Shown here: one piece after another, positions 12,963 through 25,544 of the stretch | Layout of the letters: the number at the start of each line of letters is the position of its first letter | Position numbering within the stretch: the stretch's first letter is position 1 | Origin: Takakia lepidozioides | Lineage: Eukaryota; Plantae; Bryophyta | NCBI GenBank assembly: GCA_030704615.1 | Contig: CM060731.1 | Coordinates: forward strand, 12,400,001 to 12,464,000 | Reading direction: 5' to 3' | Length of the DNA stretch: 64,000 nucleotides | Program-made: the position numbers and the translations under genes | Notes under the pieces: generated by a model | The model's database searches: none | The model's input: the letters and a program-made list of their open reading frames with translations, nothing else | What the model was told of the DNA's origin: nothing

Positions 12963-15900
12963 CAGTGTTGGACCCGTATCATCAACATTTCATACCAGCC
13001 AGGGTATGGTATTGTCGGTGAAGAGGCCTCCTTCATACCTGGCAGGTAATGGTATCAAGGTAGGTATTAAGCTTTTAATGTACCAGTCTGGTATGTATAT
13101 TGTTTTTGTTTGGCATGGTATGGTATGGTATCAATATTTCAAATTTCAAATCTTATATTGGGGGTATATCAATACTGGTATCAATACAGTTATTTTATTA
13201 TTCTTATTATTATTTTTAAACTGAAAAATAAAAATATGTCCAAATTATACCGCTGAAGTGCCGCAATTCATAATAACAAGGAGCCGGATTTCACCTTAGG
13301 TAATTTGAGGTCACCTTACAAGAGTTATATTACAGGCTGATAAATGAGACAATGCTCCAAGCCTAAGCAGATTTTTGAACGGCAAAATCAGAGCACTCTA
13401 CTCTTCTTCTTCAAACAAGCCAGCCTCCCCCAGCTCATCTTCACACTCCTCTAGCAGTTCAGCTTTCTGCAGAATAATATTCTGAAACTGATTGCTTAGC
13501 CAGTGGGCACCCCATACGTGCATCGCTTGGCCAATTCTTGTAAATCATAATTAGAGCATCCAAATTTATGACCCCTAATCTACAGCGACGTAAACTAGTG
13601 AGGACTCCAGCCACCGAAAAAATACGTTCAGTCTCAATCTGGCTGCCCAGGATGGCTAAGATCTGCTTGGCCAAGAATGACACATTGGGGAACCTTGAAG
13701 CATTTGTTTTCCACCATTGCAAAGGAGAAGCTGCTTCCTCCTCCTTCACAACAAGTCGTCGAAAAAAAGACAACTCAGACCGCAACAAACCCTCGTTTGC
13801 TTCCTCTGTGCTGACTGGAGCATCAAACAAAGAATCAGCCTGTGCATCTTGCGTTCGGCCTGCCACATCTGGTACACCTGGATTAAAAAATTTACAAGCT
13901 TTCACAAGCAAAGGAATTACAGCCTTATTGTCATATTCCTGAACAACAATTTTGGTGTTGTCCCTACCAATGAACTCAGTCACACACTGTAATCCCTTGA
14001 AGCGTGGATCCAGCATAAGGGCAACCATGTTGTGAGCCTTATCAACTTAAAAAGAAACAACAAATGCGAGAAAAAACTTCAGGACATTCACAGCCTCTTG
14101 AGCCATTTTGCAATACAAGATCTCAAGTTCTGAATCCGAGTCTCCATAGCGTAATTCTGGGACAGCCCCTGCACGTCGGTTGGCCTCACCTGCTAACTTA
14201 ATGGAGATCATAATAGCTGCATGCAAAGCATCGGACAACAACCAGTACCCACGGGTCTGGTTTAGAACACACTGAGTTACAAGGGGATTCAAGGTCTCTA
14301 TCACAGCACGAGCTATGGCCCATGTTAGGCTAGAAGGCACCCGAGCCTGTAGCAACAAACTCTGCCTGCCATATCAAATGTTAATCGCATTTGTGTAAGC
14401 CAGTGTTTCTTGAAATAACACAACTTTGCTGGCGAACCTTGTTTTTACTGGCGTCTTGAGCTTTCTGGTAGACAAGCCTGCATCGATACAAGCTCGATCC
14501 CATTCCTGACAGCCCTTCCCGGACTTCTTAGTCCATGTGATGGTTTTCTGGAGTGCAGACTGAGCATTCTTCAAGGACACTTCTTTCATACCCGCACAAA
14601 CCTTGGTATCATTAGTAGCATACTGACAAGCTTTTAAGAGAGCATGACCAAAACAATACCCAGCAAAAGGTTTCTGCAGCTGTAATGGGGCACAGGTCAC
14701 CACGGTTGACAGAGCAGAAGCAAGAGTAATAAGGTTGGACCCCTCATCCTTGACGTAGGCTAGTATTTTGTCTATGAGTTTGTGTTGAGCAAGCAGGGGT
14801 TTAACAAGACCAGCCAAAGCAGACCCAACAATGTCTGGTGCCTCGAATAAGCCCACAGTAACATGTTGTGGCTGCCACTGATCATCAATAAAATTAACTA
14901 CAAGGGCAAAGGTATCCAGTCCTGCCCTTGACATCCACAAGTCGAATGTCACGCTAGCAGTGGCAGCAAGAGCAGGCAAAACATATAGCTCCATGGTCTG
15001 AGCTAGCATATGAGGGATGTGCTCTTTCACTAGGGCTTTTCTAGTGGGAAATCTAATCTTGGGATCCCTGCGCATAACCAATCTCCGCAACCAAGGGGAT
15101 TCTACAACACATAAAGACTCATAGCCCTTTGCAATGAAAAGAACCAAGTCCTCTATGAATTTTAGTTGAGGAGGGTCTTGTTTTCGATAATCAGTACCTT
15201 CTCCTCCAAAATACTCAGTTATGGCAGAAGGATGAACCCTTTTGCGTTTTTTGGACTTTTGTCTTGCATCAGTTGCACCAGATGTGGACTCAACAATGAA
15301 TCGCTCGAAATCAGCACGGTGCTCATTATGAAGATGTTTCTTCATACTGGTGGAACCATGCGCTGGATTATATTGCACGATGCCCTTGCGGGAGCGGGTA
15401 GTGCTGCCAGTATTGCGCTAGAACTCACTGGATGTCCGAGCCTGTGGACAACAGATGACACACCTCATGACTTGCACAGCTGCAACATCAACAACTTGAT
15501 CTTCCTTCAGCAATCTAAAGAACGCCCACACACTGCTGTTGCGATGATAAGGAACCCAAAATCTTGCATTCTCTTGCAACCCAACATACTTCACCCGCCA
15601 CAAGGCACTCTCCTCAGCAGCCTGAATGTGAGCCACTGTCTCGGTAGGCCCCTCCACATCAGATCCTGTGCATGGTGTCTCGGGGATGTGGTCACTTGTG
15701 ACTCCAGTATCTCCACCTTCATCCGCCAGACATGCCAGCTCAACCTCACTGAATGAGTATCCTTCCATGGTAATTGTAAAGTAGAATCCCAATAGCATAC
15801 AAGCATATAAGAAAACTACAGCTGCATGGACACCAGCCACCATGCAACCGGCAAGAAAACTACAAAACAAAGCATCCTCATGTCTAAGATGATTTCAAGA

Positions 15901-16380
15901 GACAATTTTGGGAGGCAGTTCATGTGCTCAGAGTTCATTAATGCATCCTATATCCTACATGAGTAAAGTAAACAACAATGAAATGCAAGCATAAGGGAAA
16001 GAGAGGCGTACCCTAGAGCATCTCATCAATATCAGCAACTTCCTCAATATTGACAGCCCCCAAAATCGCCATTCAAATCGCCTCAATCAAAGAGCCGCAA
16101 CTCTCCATTGCTGCACCCTAAATCCCTAAAGCTCCACATATTCATACCTAGGGTGCAAGCGATGGCGGAAGACAGGGTACTGGTATCGACAAAGATGCGT
16201 TCTTTGTGATACCAGGCTGGTCTGGTAGGAGCCCAGGTATTTGTGTTTTATTATATTGCCCCCAATATGTTCTGCCCGGGGTATTGCCAGTTTCTTATAC
16301 CCGCATGGTCTGGTACCCTGCTGCAATACCCTTACCTGTGCTGATACCCCGCCTCGCCCCAATATACCGGTCCAACACTG
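12963..16380 (-). mobile_element. Full-length hAT DNA transposon
   Basis: 17-bp TIR CAGTGTTGGACC(C/G)GTAT with 1 mismatch. 8-bp TSD GTTCTGAC at 12955-12962 and 16381-16388. Internal transposase. Confidence 0.95.
13400..15768 (-). pseudogene. hAT transposase (BED finger, DDE core, hAT C-terminal dimerization domain), disrupted
   Basis: VWAFF...MRCVIC...STSMKKHL..EH (BED finger), TFDLWMS, PVKTRFAS, ALMLDPRFK, PLQWWK...FPNVSFLAKQILAI..SQIETERIFS. Three in-frame stops (~15420, 14376, 14049) and a frameshift near the C-terminus. Confidence 0.9.
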
Positions 16381-19300
16381 GTTCTGACTTCTGACAAATG
16401 AGATTATGTAGCCCACATGTGTTATGTATATTCAGCTAACACAAGCGTTATAGTTATAAAGCTTACTTTACAAATAAAGGGGATCTATTACCTCATGACT
16501 TCATATGATACAATATCTTTTATCGTGTAATCTCTCCATCACACAATCATCCATTACACACTATTGTGCACCAAGACATCAAGTTGCCATATTGTAGAGT
16601 GGTTGTTACTCTGTACACTCTATTATACCATTGGACCCTCTATTTAATCGTTGATCACAATAGCGGCTTAGATTAGGTGATCTGTCTTTGGGCCAGTAGC
16701 GCTGAAGCACATGGCTGTGACTTGGTGGTTTTTCATAAAAGGAGTCCATGACACGGACAAGGGCGAAACTTTTGGGTGTTCATTCTGGTGTACATGCGAG
16801 TAGAGGTGTAAGTAATATGTACTGGTGGGACAATCTATAGGTCCTCTTCCATGTGTGCCAAGTTGGTGAGAGAGAGGTGTACATAATATGGTGCACTGGC
16901 TGTGTAACATATAATCTACTTACAGGTCCCTTCTACGCGTGACTCCCTCCTCATCATAAAGCCTGCCTTACCAAGTTATCATCCCCCCAGTTCATGCATA
17001 TAGGAAGAGGACGAAGCATCTCTACCCTAAACACATTTTGTGGTGGAGATCATGGAGGGTTCTAAACAAGGTCTATGAGAGATTGTCGATATGATCACTT
17101 TGCAATGACATATCTCATATATTCAATTTCCATCTGTATATCTGTGCTGATCATATCCATTTTAATACGATAAAATGAATCTAACATGGATGCTAAAGCT
17201 TTTGTCTGAAATGCAAAATGACAGTGGGTCATATCTTAAAATGATGCACAGGGTTTGACATCTTTGCCGATTGATGGGTGCATTTGTTTGTGGGCCTAAC
17301 ATTCAATGTCCCATGGTTTTGTCTGCCTAAAAGGGGCCCTACTCAAATTTCCTTCCAAAAGAAATAAAACAGAACAAAAGTCTCTGGCCAGTGAAGGGCA
17401 CCCAAGAGAACATGAAATTAGTAGACCCAAAAAGAAATAAATCACGTCACCGAGTATCAAACATATCGCCCTGTATGCACCTCCTACAATTATTGACCCC
17501 ACAGTCTGACCCCATTGCTACCGTGCAGCGATGGTAGCAGGCCATTCCAGCGCTCGACGTCGTCTGGTAATGGAATACAAGTCTGACAACACGGTTTGTT
17601 CAGCTCCACCCAATCACACGCCAAAACATGGCCAGCTGAAAAGAGAAATCCTGGTTACGAATGTTCGACTAGCATTGAAATGAGGTTGCTGAGACAAGTA
17701 TAGACACAAAATGGAAGTGAATGTGAGATGCATGATTATTACAGGTTGAAACCAATAGGACATGGGAGCTTGAGGAGTGGGTACCAAGCAGCATAACCGT
17801 AGAGATGCAGGTATTTTTGCCCACATGTAGCGAGTCTCTTGCTGCAAGCGGAAAAACAGAAAAAGTGAGGGACGGCCTCCCTCCTATGGATCCCGCTCTC
17901 TCTCCCAGCCAATGAAGGACGACTAGACAAGCGTTGACTTCCGCATGCCAGCTGATATGCAATGCTTCAGCTTGTTGTGCAGCATACCAAATCTTGTGAT
18001 TTCGCTAAATTTCTGCCATATTCTGATGTCATGAAGTAGTGTGAAGTGTTTGATGTTGACGGCGCATGAGGACGCCCTTAGAATGCATAGCAATGGTGAA
18101 GATAGAAAACAGCGTTGTAAAACAACAAGATAGAGGAATTGACTGTCTTTAGAGTATGAGAATTGGAGGGAATGATACATATATATCCCAAACTCCCGCC
18201 ATCCTCAAAAGCAGGCAACGGAATGAGGCAACATTGCTAGGCTTGGGAGTGGATGGCGCATCAATGAACTACGACTTCCATGAACAGGAATCATAAATCC
18301 GCAGAAGGTGAGAAAATGAGAAAGTACTAAGTTCGTTGCCAATTGCTCCTACGAAAGTGAGCCTCATAGGCTACAATGGGTTCCTGTCAATCTTATATGC
18401 CATACATTTCATTGGGATCTCGAGAAAAATAAAAGTCAGCTTGCAGCTTTTGTAGTTATACATAATCATAAACGAAATGGAAGATGAGAGATTTTATTAC
18501 CATAATAAAGTCTTCTAGGCAATCGACAACAACAAAGAAGATCGGAGAGGTAAAGTGAGTCAAGACAAACGAAAATAGAAATATAGGGAGACAAAATAAG
18601 AAGATACATACTTAAGTAATCCAAATGATCAGTTATCCCTAGGGGATTTGCATATCTCCTTAGCCAATTCCAATCAGGGTGAGAGCTATCAACAATCTTT
18701 TAGACAATATAATGACACTTGGAATACTTATACTTCATGTACTCTTAATTTACAGTCGGAGAGGATTGGGTGGGACTTGCACCCTGTGAGGCTGCAACTA
18801 GTGGTGACGGGCTACCGAAGTTTCTGTGCGATGTTATGGTGTACCAATGCCAAAGAGGAATGGCCTAGTCAACAACGTGCAGCTTCAGATCCTTTAAAGC
18901 CGGCAGTGTACCTCTCCTTAGAGATACGTGTTCATTTGTTTTCACATTTCTTTGCTTTTGTAGATCTAATCAGTTTCTTATTTGATCTCTGCAGTTGACT
19001 ATGCAGCCATACAGCCAAGATTTTCCTCTCTTGTCGATGTTTGCGGCGGGACTTGTACGCAATGAGGAACATGTGTACATGTACAAACTTACAGAGATAC
19101 TGAACCAGCTTATGTCTGTACCCGGGACATTTTGGAGTGGGTTAATTGACCAGGGAGCAGCCACAGTCTCAATTGCAAACTAGGGAAAAGACTTGGTACA
19201 TGATCTTACTTTCATGCCCTGCTCAGATATAACAACCTAGATATCGATAATAAGAGCAGTTTTTGCGGAGCATAGCGAGATTCTGACTTCACTCAGTTCA

Positions 19301-20171
19301 TAACTGGGGTACAATCCATTCCACCCAACCATATGAGAGTGCAGTCAAACTCCCTCAGACAAACTCCCTCAGACTCCCTCTCATGGGAAGTTCATGCCAA
19401 CATTGGTTCATCATGTAACCAATCCTGTAATTGGGGAATTTGTGGTGCATTGGTTATTGGTGGGATGGATGGCCCTGAAGCTGCACCAAAGAAGGGCCGG
19501 GCGGCGTTCTTGAAAGATTGAATCCTCCTGGAAGTAATGAACTCCAGCAGAGGTATGCATGCAGTCTTTTCTTCCATGTGATATCTCCACCAGCTAGGTC
19601 GGGTCGAGAAGCTTTCATCGTAGGTTTTGACATCCGCTTGTTATCGTATTTGGGAAGAGATTCATGACGGGTACATAGGCATCAATTCGAATTTCAGCTG
19701 CTCAAGTGATTATATTTACGATTCTGGTGTGTGATTCTTGGTCATCAGCGTGTTCTTTCCTATTTTGTGAGGATGTCGACATCTAGTTGTGGATCAAACC
19801 TTGGTGTAGCCTCTACATTTAACTCTGTCGCGACAGGTGCACCTTTGTCTAAGTAAAAATTTCAGATCGCCACTGAAAGATCACAACCAAAGTTCCAGTA
19901 TTACAAGTCTCAAACTCTGAATTTTTTTGATAAGCATATATATGTGTGAGTTATTTGGCTCAATGGACCGTCAGAGAAATCTTGTCAAAGTCTAAACTTA
20001 GTAGAGAGAAGTCGGATGACTATATAACGTCATCAGTCACTTATGGCGTGCAATCAAGAATGTTCTTGAAATCTCGTTTCAGATATATAAGAAGTTTGCA
20101 CAACATTTCATAAGAGGGAACTTCACCCAGCTCGACACGAATGATCAGTTGTGATCCAATCTAGAACTGGT

Positions 20172-20264
20172 AGAAGAAGAAGACTCCTACCGAAGAAGCC
20201 AGCGTAACTAAGAGCCATTTCGCCTTGCGGCAGCCGGCTACGGGCCCCTCTTGGGGTGGGCTCG
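20172..20264 (-). mobile_element. Short 5'-truncated non-LTR retroelement copy
   Basis: 13-bp TSD ATCTAGAACTGGT (20159-20171, 20265-20277) and a (TCT)n tail. Shares CGCAAGGYGAAATGGCYCTTAGTTAYGCYGG with 47527-47557. Confidence 0.65.
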
Positions 20265-20452
20265 ATCTAGAACTGGTGAACTAACATGCATAGACTAAAC
20301 TAACAGGCTGAGTCGGACGCATTTCAGATTTTTTCACACTCGTGAGGAGACATCCATCTGTACATGAGCACTTGAAAGTTTCCCATATCCCTAAACTCCG
20401 ATCGAGAGATTTAACAGGACTAAGCACGTCAAGTCCACGGATGTATCCGTGG

Positions 20453-23087
20453 TCACAATGTTTTCGAGACTTGTGATCCAAAGAACTTGGACTTTACTCC
20501 TTGAACTTCATGAATCTCTTGTGGATTACGGTTTTGGATTTTCATGGACTCCAAAAGTCTAGGCCCACCCAGCTCATGCTTCATATACGAGGCCACATAA
20601 TCCCTGAACTTGTATTCCTGGTAACGAGGAGAATCGGCCTTCTTTACCAGCTGCGGCAATGGCGAGACAATGGAGTCTAAAAGTGGACTGCAGAAAGTGG
20701 CAATTGATACCCTTTCCTGACCCCGGTTGGCAATCACTCGATGCTCTACACTTTTGTATCGTCCGTTCGTAAGCACCTGCATGTGTAATACATGTGAATC
20801 TCTCTGAACGCACTGACTAGATTCCGAATCATATGATATTCATAAACCGTGTGATTTATACGATTTATAAAAGAATTTCTCAATCTGGCCATCTTATCAG
20901 TCTACTAAATTTAACCATATCTAGAGAGCTAGAATCTGAGTCCTCATGCATCACGGGGAGTTGTCGAAATGACGTTGAACTTAGATTTCCAAGTTTCAGC
21001 TTTGCAGTAACAAATACAAATTTCTGTTAATTCTAGATCTTAGATTCAAATGCTGAAGTATATCCAAGTTGAAATTATGCAAGTTCTAGGAATACTCTAA
21101 AATGTTAAGAGTATTTAAACCAGATTTGTACCTGCATTTGATCGCCCAAATTGATAATCAAAGCGCCGGGCAGAGGATGAACGGGCACCCATCGCCCATC
21201 CTTAGAAACTTGGAGACCGCCCACCTGCGTGGCTTGTAGTAGCACTGTCAGAGCGCCTGGATCTGAATGACTGCTCAAGCCAAGAACAAGGTCTGGCTGC
21301 GGACAGGGAGGATAGTAATTCAGTCGGACGACTTGGCTTATCGTTCCAAGCGCTTCCTCCAAGAAAGTAGCGGGGAGACCCAGGTTCTCGGACAATATAG
21401 CGAATAGTTTTTGCGCCAGGATCCGAGCCTCCTTAGAATATTCCTCCATCGCTGGCCTGCAATCATCCATCGTCAGTAAGAATGCTGTGCACAGTGATCA
21501 TCATGTGGATCACGTCCATTTACCATACTCAACACTTTGACATCCTACGAAATCCGCAAATGAAAGTTCACTTTGGCTACAAGAACATCCGAGGAACACC
21601 TTCACCAACAACTGAAACTCCGGACATCCAATATACGGCACAAAAATCTGACCGATTCATATATAATGAATCTCTGTGTAGCCACCTGAGCGATCATCGG
21701 TGACTGTCTCTCACCAATCCAAGTAGGACGACATGACTGTCTCTCACCAAGTAGAACAACACCATGTATGGTAGTGCAAACTTTCTAATAGCAGATCTAG
21801 TATATGTGCACATGAGATTTATAGGAAATATCGACGTAATCTATGAATAGAGGACCTCATATTATGAGATCGTTGTCTACACCACTTCAACCTCGTGACA
21901 GTAACATATGTGGAGAAGATTGAAGAATAGACACGGAAGATTTCTGCGGCGCAGCTTCTTATCTGGTTTCCTAGAAACTGAATGTCTCCATAATGAAGGA
22001 ATTGCTCCTCTGCCGTCATTTCTTCTGTTTTCAGTATCGCAGTCCTCAGAAGTTGAATTTAGCATATCGTGATTGGCACAAAATAAATCACGAAAAGATC
22101 TGTAATATCTGTTTCATCAAGGATTTTATGTATCTGCATTAAACTTCAGTACCCCGAGCTAATTTGATAGATGATCGTATAGTAGAGATTCACGTATCAG
22201 ATGTATAACTTTGTATATAGACCGTGTTAAACTTGTATTTCTATAGTATCATGGAAGCTTACCTATATGAAGAAGGTTTTGGAGGCCACGCTGCCAAATC
22301 TGTGTCGGAGAGCGGCGTGGGTCCGACCCGGTGGTTGAGTACATCCACCCAGTCCCAAAGTGCAGTTTCTGAGACTTTGAACACCCGTCCATAGCCTTCC
22401 ATTCGCTTTCCATTTGCACACAGTTGCTTATCTTCAAGAGGCGAGTTGAAAAAATCCATGGCCGCTTTCTGAACACTGTGAAGCACTGCTTCTGGAATGC
22501 CATGGTTCACCACCTAGCATCCATGCAACAAACGAACACACTTTAGACACTTTGTTCTCTGGTTAGAATCCTCTGAGAAAAAATCGTTGGGCAGGCTACA
22601 GCTCTTGAGAGAAGTAGGAGTCCAGGTCCTGCAACTGGTGAAGAAGCAGGAGGGGTGAAGATCGTTCTCCAGAAGCGATGAACTAACTAGAGCAAAGACA
22701 GAACGACAGAACCTAGGAACTTGTAGAGTTTAGTTGTTAATTGGTATAAGTAATTTGACCAGAACCAAGGGGACTGCTCGGGGACTGTCGTAATTATAAA
22801 ACAAGCTGCAAACTTGGTACCAGCGGGCGTCGTGACGTGTGTCTGAATACCTGGAAGAATCCCCAATCCTCGCATGCAGCGACCATTTCAGCCACAGTTC
22901 GTTGTCTTTGAGAGCCTTGCAGATTTCGCATGTCGATGACAGGGATGCTTTCGGCATATTTAGTGCATACAGCACCTGGTCTCTGATGAAGTGGCCTTAG
23001 AAATCGTCTCGGCACTTTCGTCACACCTCTCTCTACCAAAGGTTGCAGAAGTTCGCCAGTTTCCACCATCTCATTCATACTGTCCAT
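20453..23087 (-). CDS. 2-oxoglutarate/Fe(II)-dependent dioxygenase (DOXC class), 4 exons: 23087-22851, 22513-22263, 21456-21132, 20776-20453
   Basis: Motifs IPVIDM...ACEDWGFFQVVNHGIP, RLNYYPPCPQPDLVLGLSSHSDPGALT (HxD), INLGDQMQVLTNGRYKSVEHRV (distal H) and RVS (RxS). All introns are GT-AG and in phase. Confidence 0.95.
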
Positions 23088-24764
23088 GGCTCGGTGCAAA
23101 TGTGTTGCGGTGAGCTTGCCAGCACTGCGCAGACAGCCGAACCTGTACACTATATGTGCGACCAGCCGAGAGAGTGAATTAGAAAACCATCCGGCAAGAA
23201 GTGTGGAGTCAAAGATAGCGATAGACACCGACCATGCAAGGTTTTCGTCGCTACTGGTATTCTTGCGATCCCGCAACCAGCAGCAAATCGAATCTAAATA
23301 TCCAGAGGAAGACAAAAACTACAGCCCAAACAAGGTCTGAGGCAAAGGGTCAGTTCCACCCAATCAGACGAGAAAGGAAGATCTCGATCTAAAGATAATC
23401 CCAGCTTATTAGCTCCCAACTTGAACAACTTGGAGAGATAAGGAAAACCGGATTCGAAGATCAGCAGAAGCTCTAGCTAGGATGCGAGAGGCCCTCCAGT
23501 GCCTGACAGGAGGAGGATTGCAGTGAACCTGACCAACAAGCTGTGCTAAAACTGCTAAAACAACAATTTCACCACGTGTACCTCTCTATTTTGCACGTGC
23601 CCTATTATCATTCCCAAACGTCACCATGCACTAGGTTCATTCCATATTCAATTGTATCTATCCTATCCCTGCTGGCCTCTGGACTTCCCGCCCGGCGAGT
23701 CCCTTCCTTCTTCCTTTCTTGCCTGAATTAGCGATCCAGATTAGGTCCTCTTCCACTCAGTGCGTGCCCGTGGCTCACTGCATGACACGTCCTGGGTACC
23801 CAAAGATGCCCTGATGCCTGCCCGCCTCGCATCACTCACAAACCTCCACACCCTTAAGTTTTCTGTTTCTAATTACATACGCTGGTCTGTTTTGGAGTTG
23901 GGCTGTTGCTGACAGCCATGTCAGTGAACATGATTGAGCAGTGCACGATGAAGATGATAGGTCCGAGGTCCCTCTCCTTCCTCTCTCCTTGCTTGCTGAT
24001 CTAGTGGATCCTTAAGCCGATTTTTGTCCAACATGCGGACCCACAAATCTAGCACCCACGTGTAGATTATCATGATGGTAGCTGGTGCCAAGGAGTCCAT
24101 GATTGTGGTCCTTTGTATTCTTGCCTATTCTTGTCTAAACTGTAATTCTATATATGTATATATCGACCGGTGGAGCACCTCACTGAGCTGCCTCCATGGA
24201 ATATTATGGCAATATCGAGGAGAATTTCCTGGCAGAATTTTTATCTGCCACTGCTGAATGTGCAGTGGCCGCTAGGGCAGCAGATCAGCTGTTAAACCGC
24301 CAGTAAGGGCTGCGGCTGGTAAGCAAGAGCCAGCAGCTAAGTTCAGCCTCTTTTTTCTAAAGCCCATTTCTACTAAAAGTTGGTATGGCACCTACTTGCA
24401 TAGCTTTCATTTGAGACAACTTGAGGATACGTATTTGAGCTGTAGTGCCGAACAGTGCTTTAACCAATAGGAAGTCAATATTTTGAAATTTTTACATGAA
24501 GAATTGTGTCAATAAAACTTTTCCTTTTTAAACATTTGGGAGCCAATGCCCACAAATTATTAATTATAGTGAGAGGAGAATAACACTTTTTCAAAGTAAC
24601 CTCGCCATGTGGCCTCAAGCACAAGGCTCAAGGGACACAGCCCAGGGGAATGGGGAGAGGATTATACCACACCGACAAGCAAGTTGTAAGTAAGGGGCAC
24701 ATACCACCTTCGGAAGTGGTTGTGGGTTCAATCCACCGATTGGTGTCACAAAGGTATCTACCAG

Positions 24765-25085
24765 CACTGTTTTCTCTTTCACTTTTCCAAAATCGCAGGC
24801 GTGGCGACATGTAGATTCTACCCAACGCCCATGCGGCGAGAATAATGAGGTGACAGAGCTAGAAAAGAGGCTATATTACAGGTGTCATATTTTAACAGGT
24901 CCACATAGGACAAATCTGCACTTCCTGGCGATTTTCTTTATTTTTATTCCCATAATTCCTTAGTATAAGTAGCTGACCCATTTTCCAGGTCAAAATCCGG
25001 CGACTGAGTAGGCTCAGTAAATTCATTGGACGTTAAAGAAATTTTATCTTTATCTGGCGATTTTTCGCCAGATTAAAAAACACAG
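24765..25085. mobile_element. hAT-type MITE (family B), copy 1
   Basis: Ends CACTGTTTT / AAAAAACACAG. 8-bp TSD TCTACCAG (24757-24764, 25086-25093). Homologous to 25260-25544. Confidence 0.8.
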
Positions 25086-25259
25086 TCTACCAGTGCTGGA
25101 CTGGTATATAGGTGAAGGACTGGTATTAGATACCAGACCAGTCTGGTATCCTTGTCTTGATCAAGACATAGATAATCTTGGAAAAATGAAGCAATGCCAT
25201 GGAATATTTAAGCCCTAAAGACCGGCAATTTTTTGTATAAAATCTGCAACTCTTGCCAC

Positions 25260-25544
25260 CAGTGTTTTTCTCTTCATATTTCCAAATCGCAGGCGGGGCC
25301 ACCTGTGAATTCTACCCAGTGCCCATGTGGCAAGATGATGAGGTGACAGAGTTAGAAAAGCGGCTATATTCCAGGTGGCATGATTTAACTGGTCCACATC
25401 AGCAAAATTAGGCGCCTGGAATTCATCTGCTGGTGCTTTTTGCGAAAATCTCGGATTTTACCCCCCATAATTCCTTTGTAAAAGTACCTGACCGATTTTC
25501 CAGGTCAAAATCTGGCGGTTTTTTGCCAGAAAAAAAAAACACTG
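25260..25544. mobile_element. hAT-type MITE (family B), copy 2
   Basis: Ends CAGTGTTTTT / AAAAACACTG. 8-bp TSD CTTGCCAC (25252-25259, 25545-25552). Confidence 0.88.
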
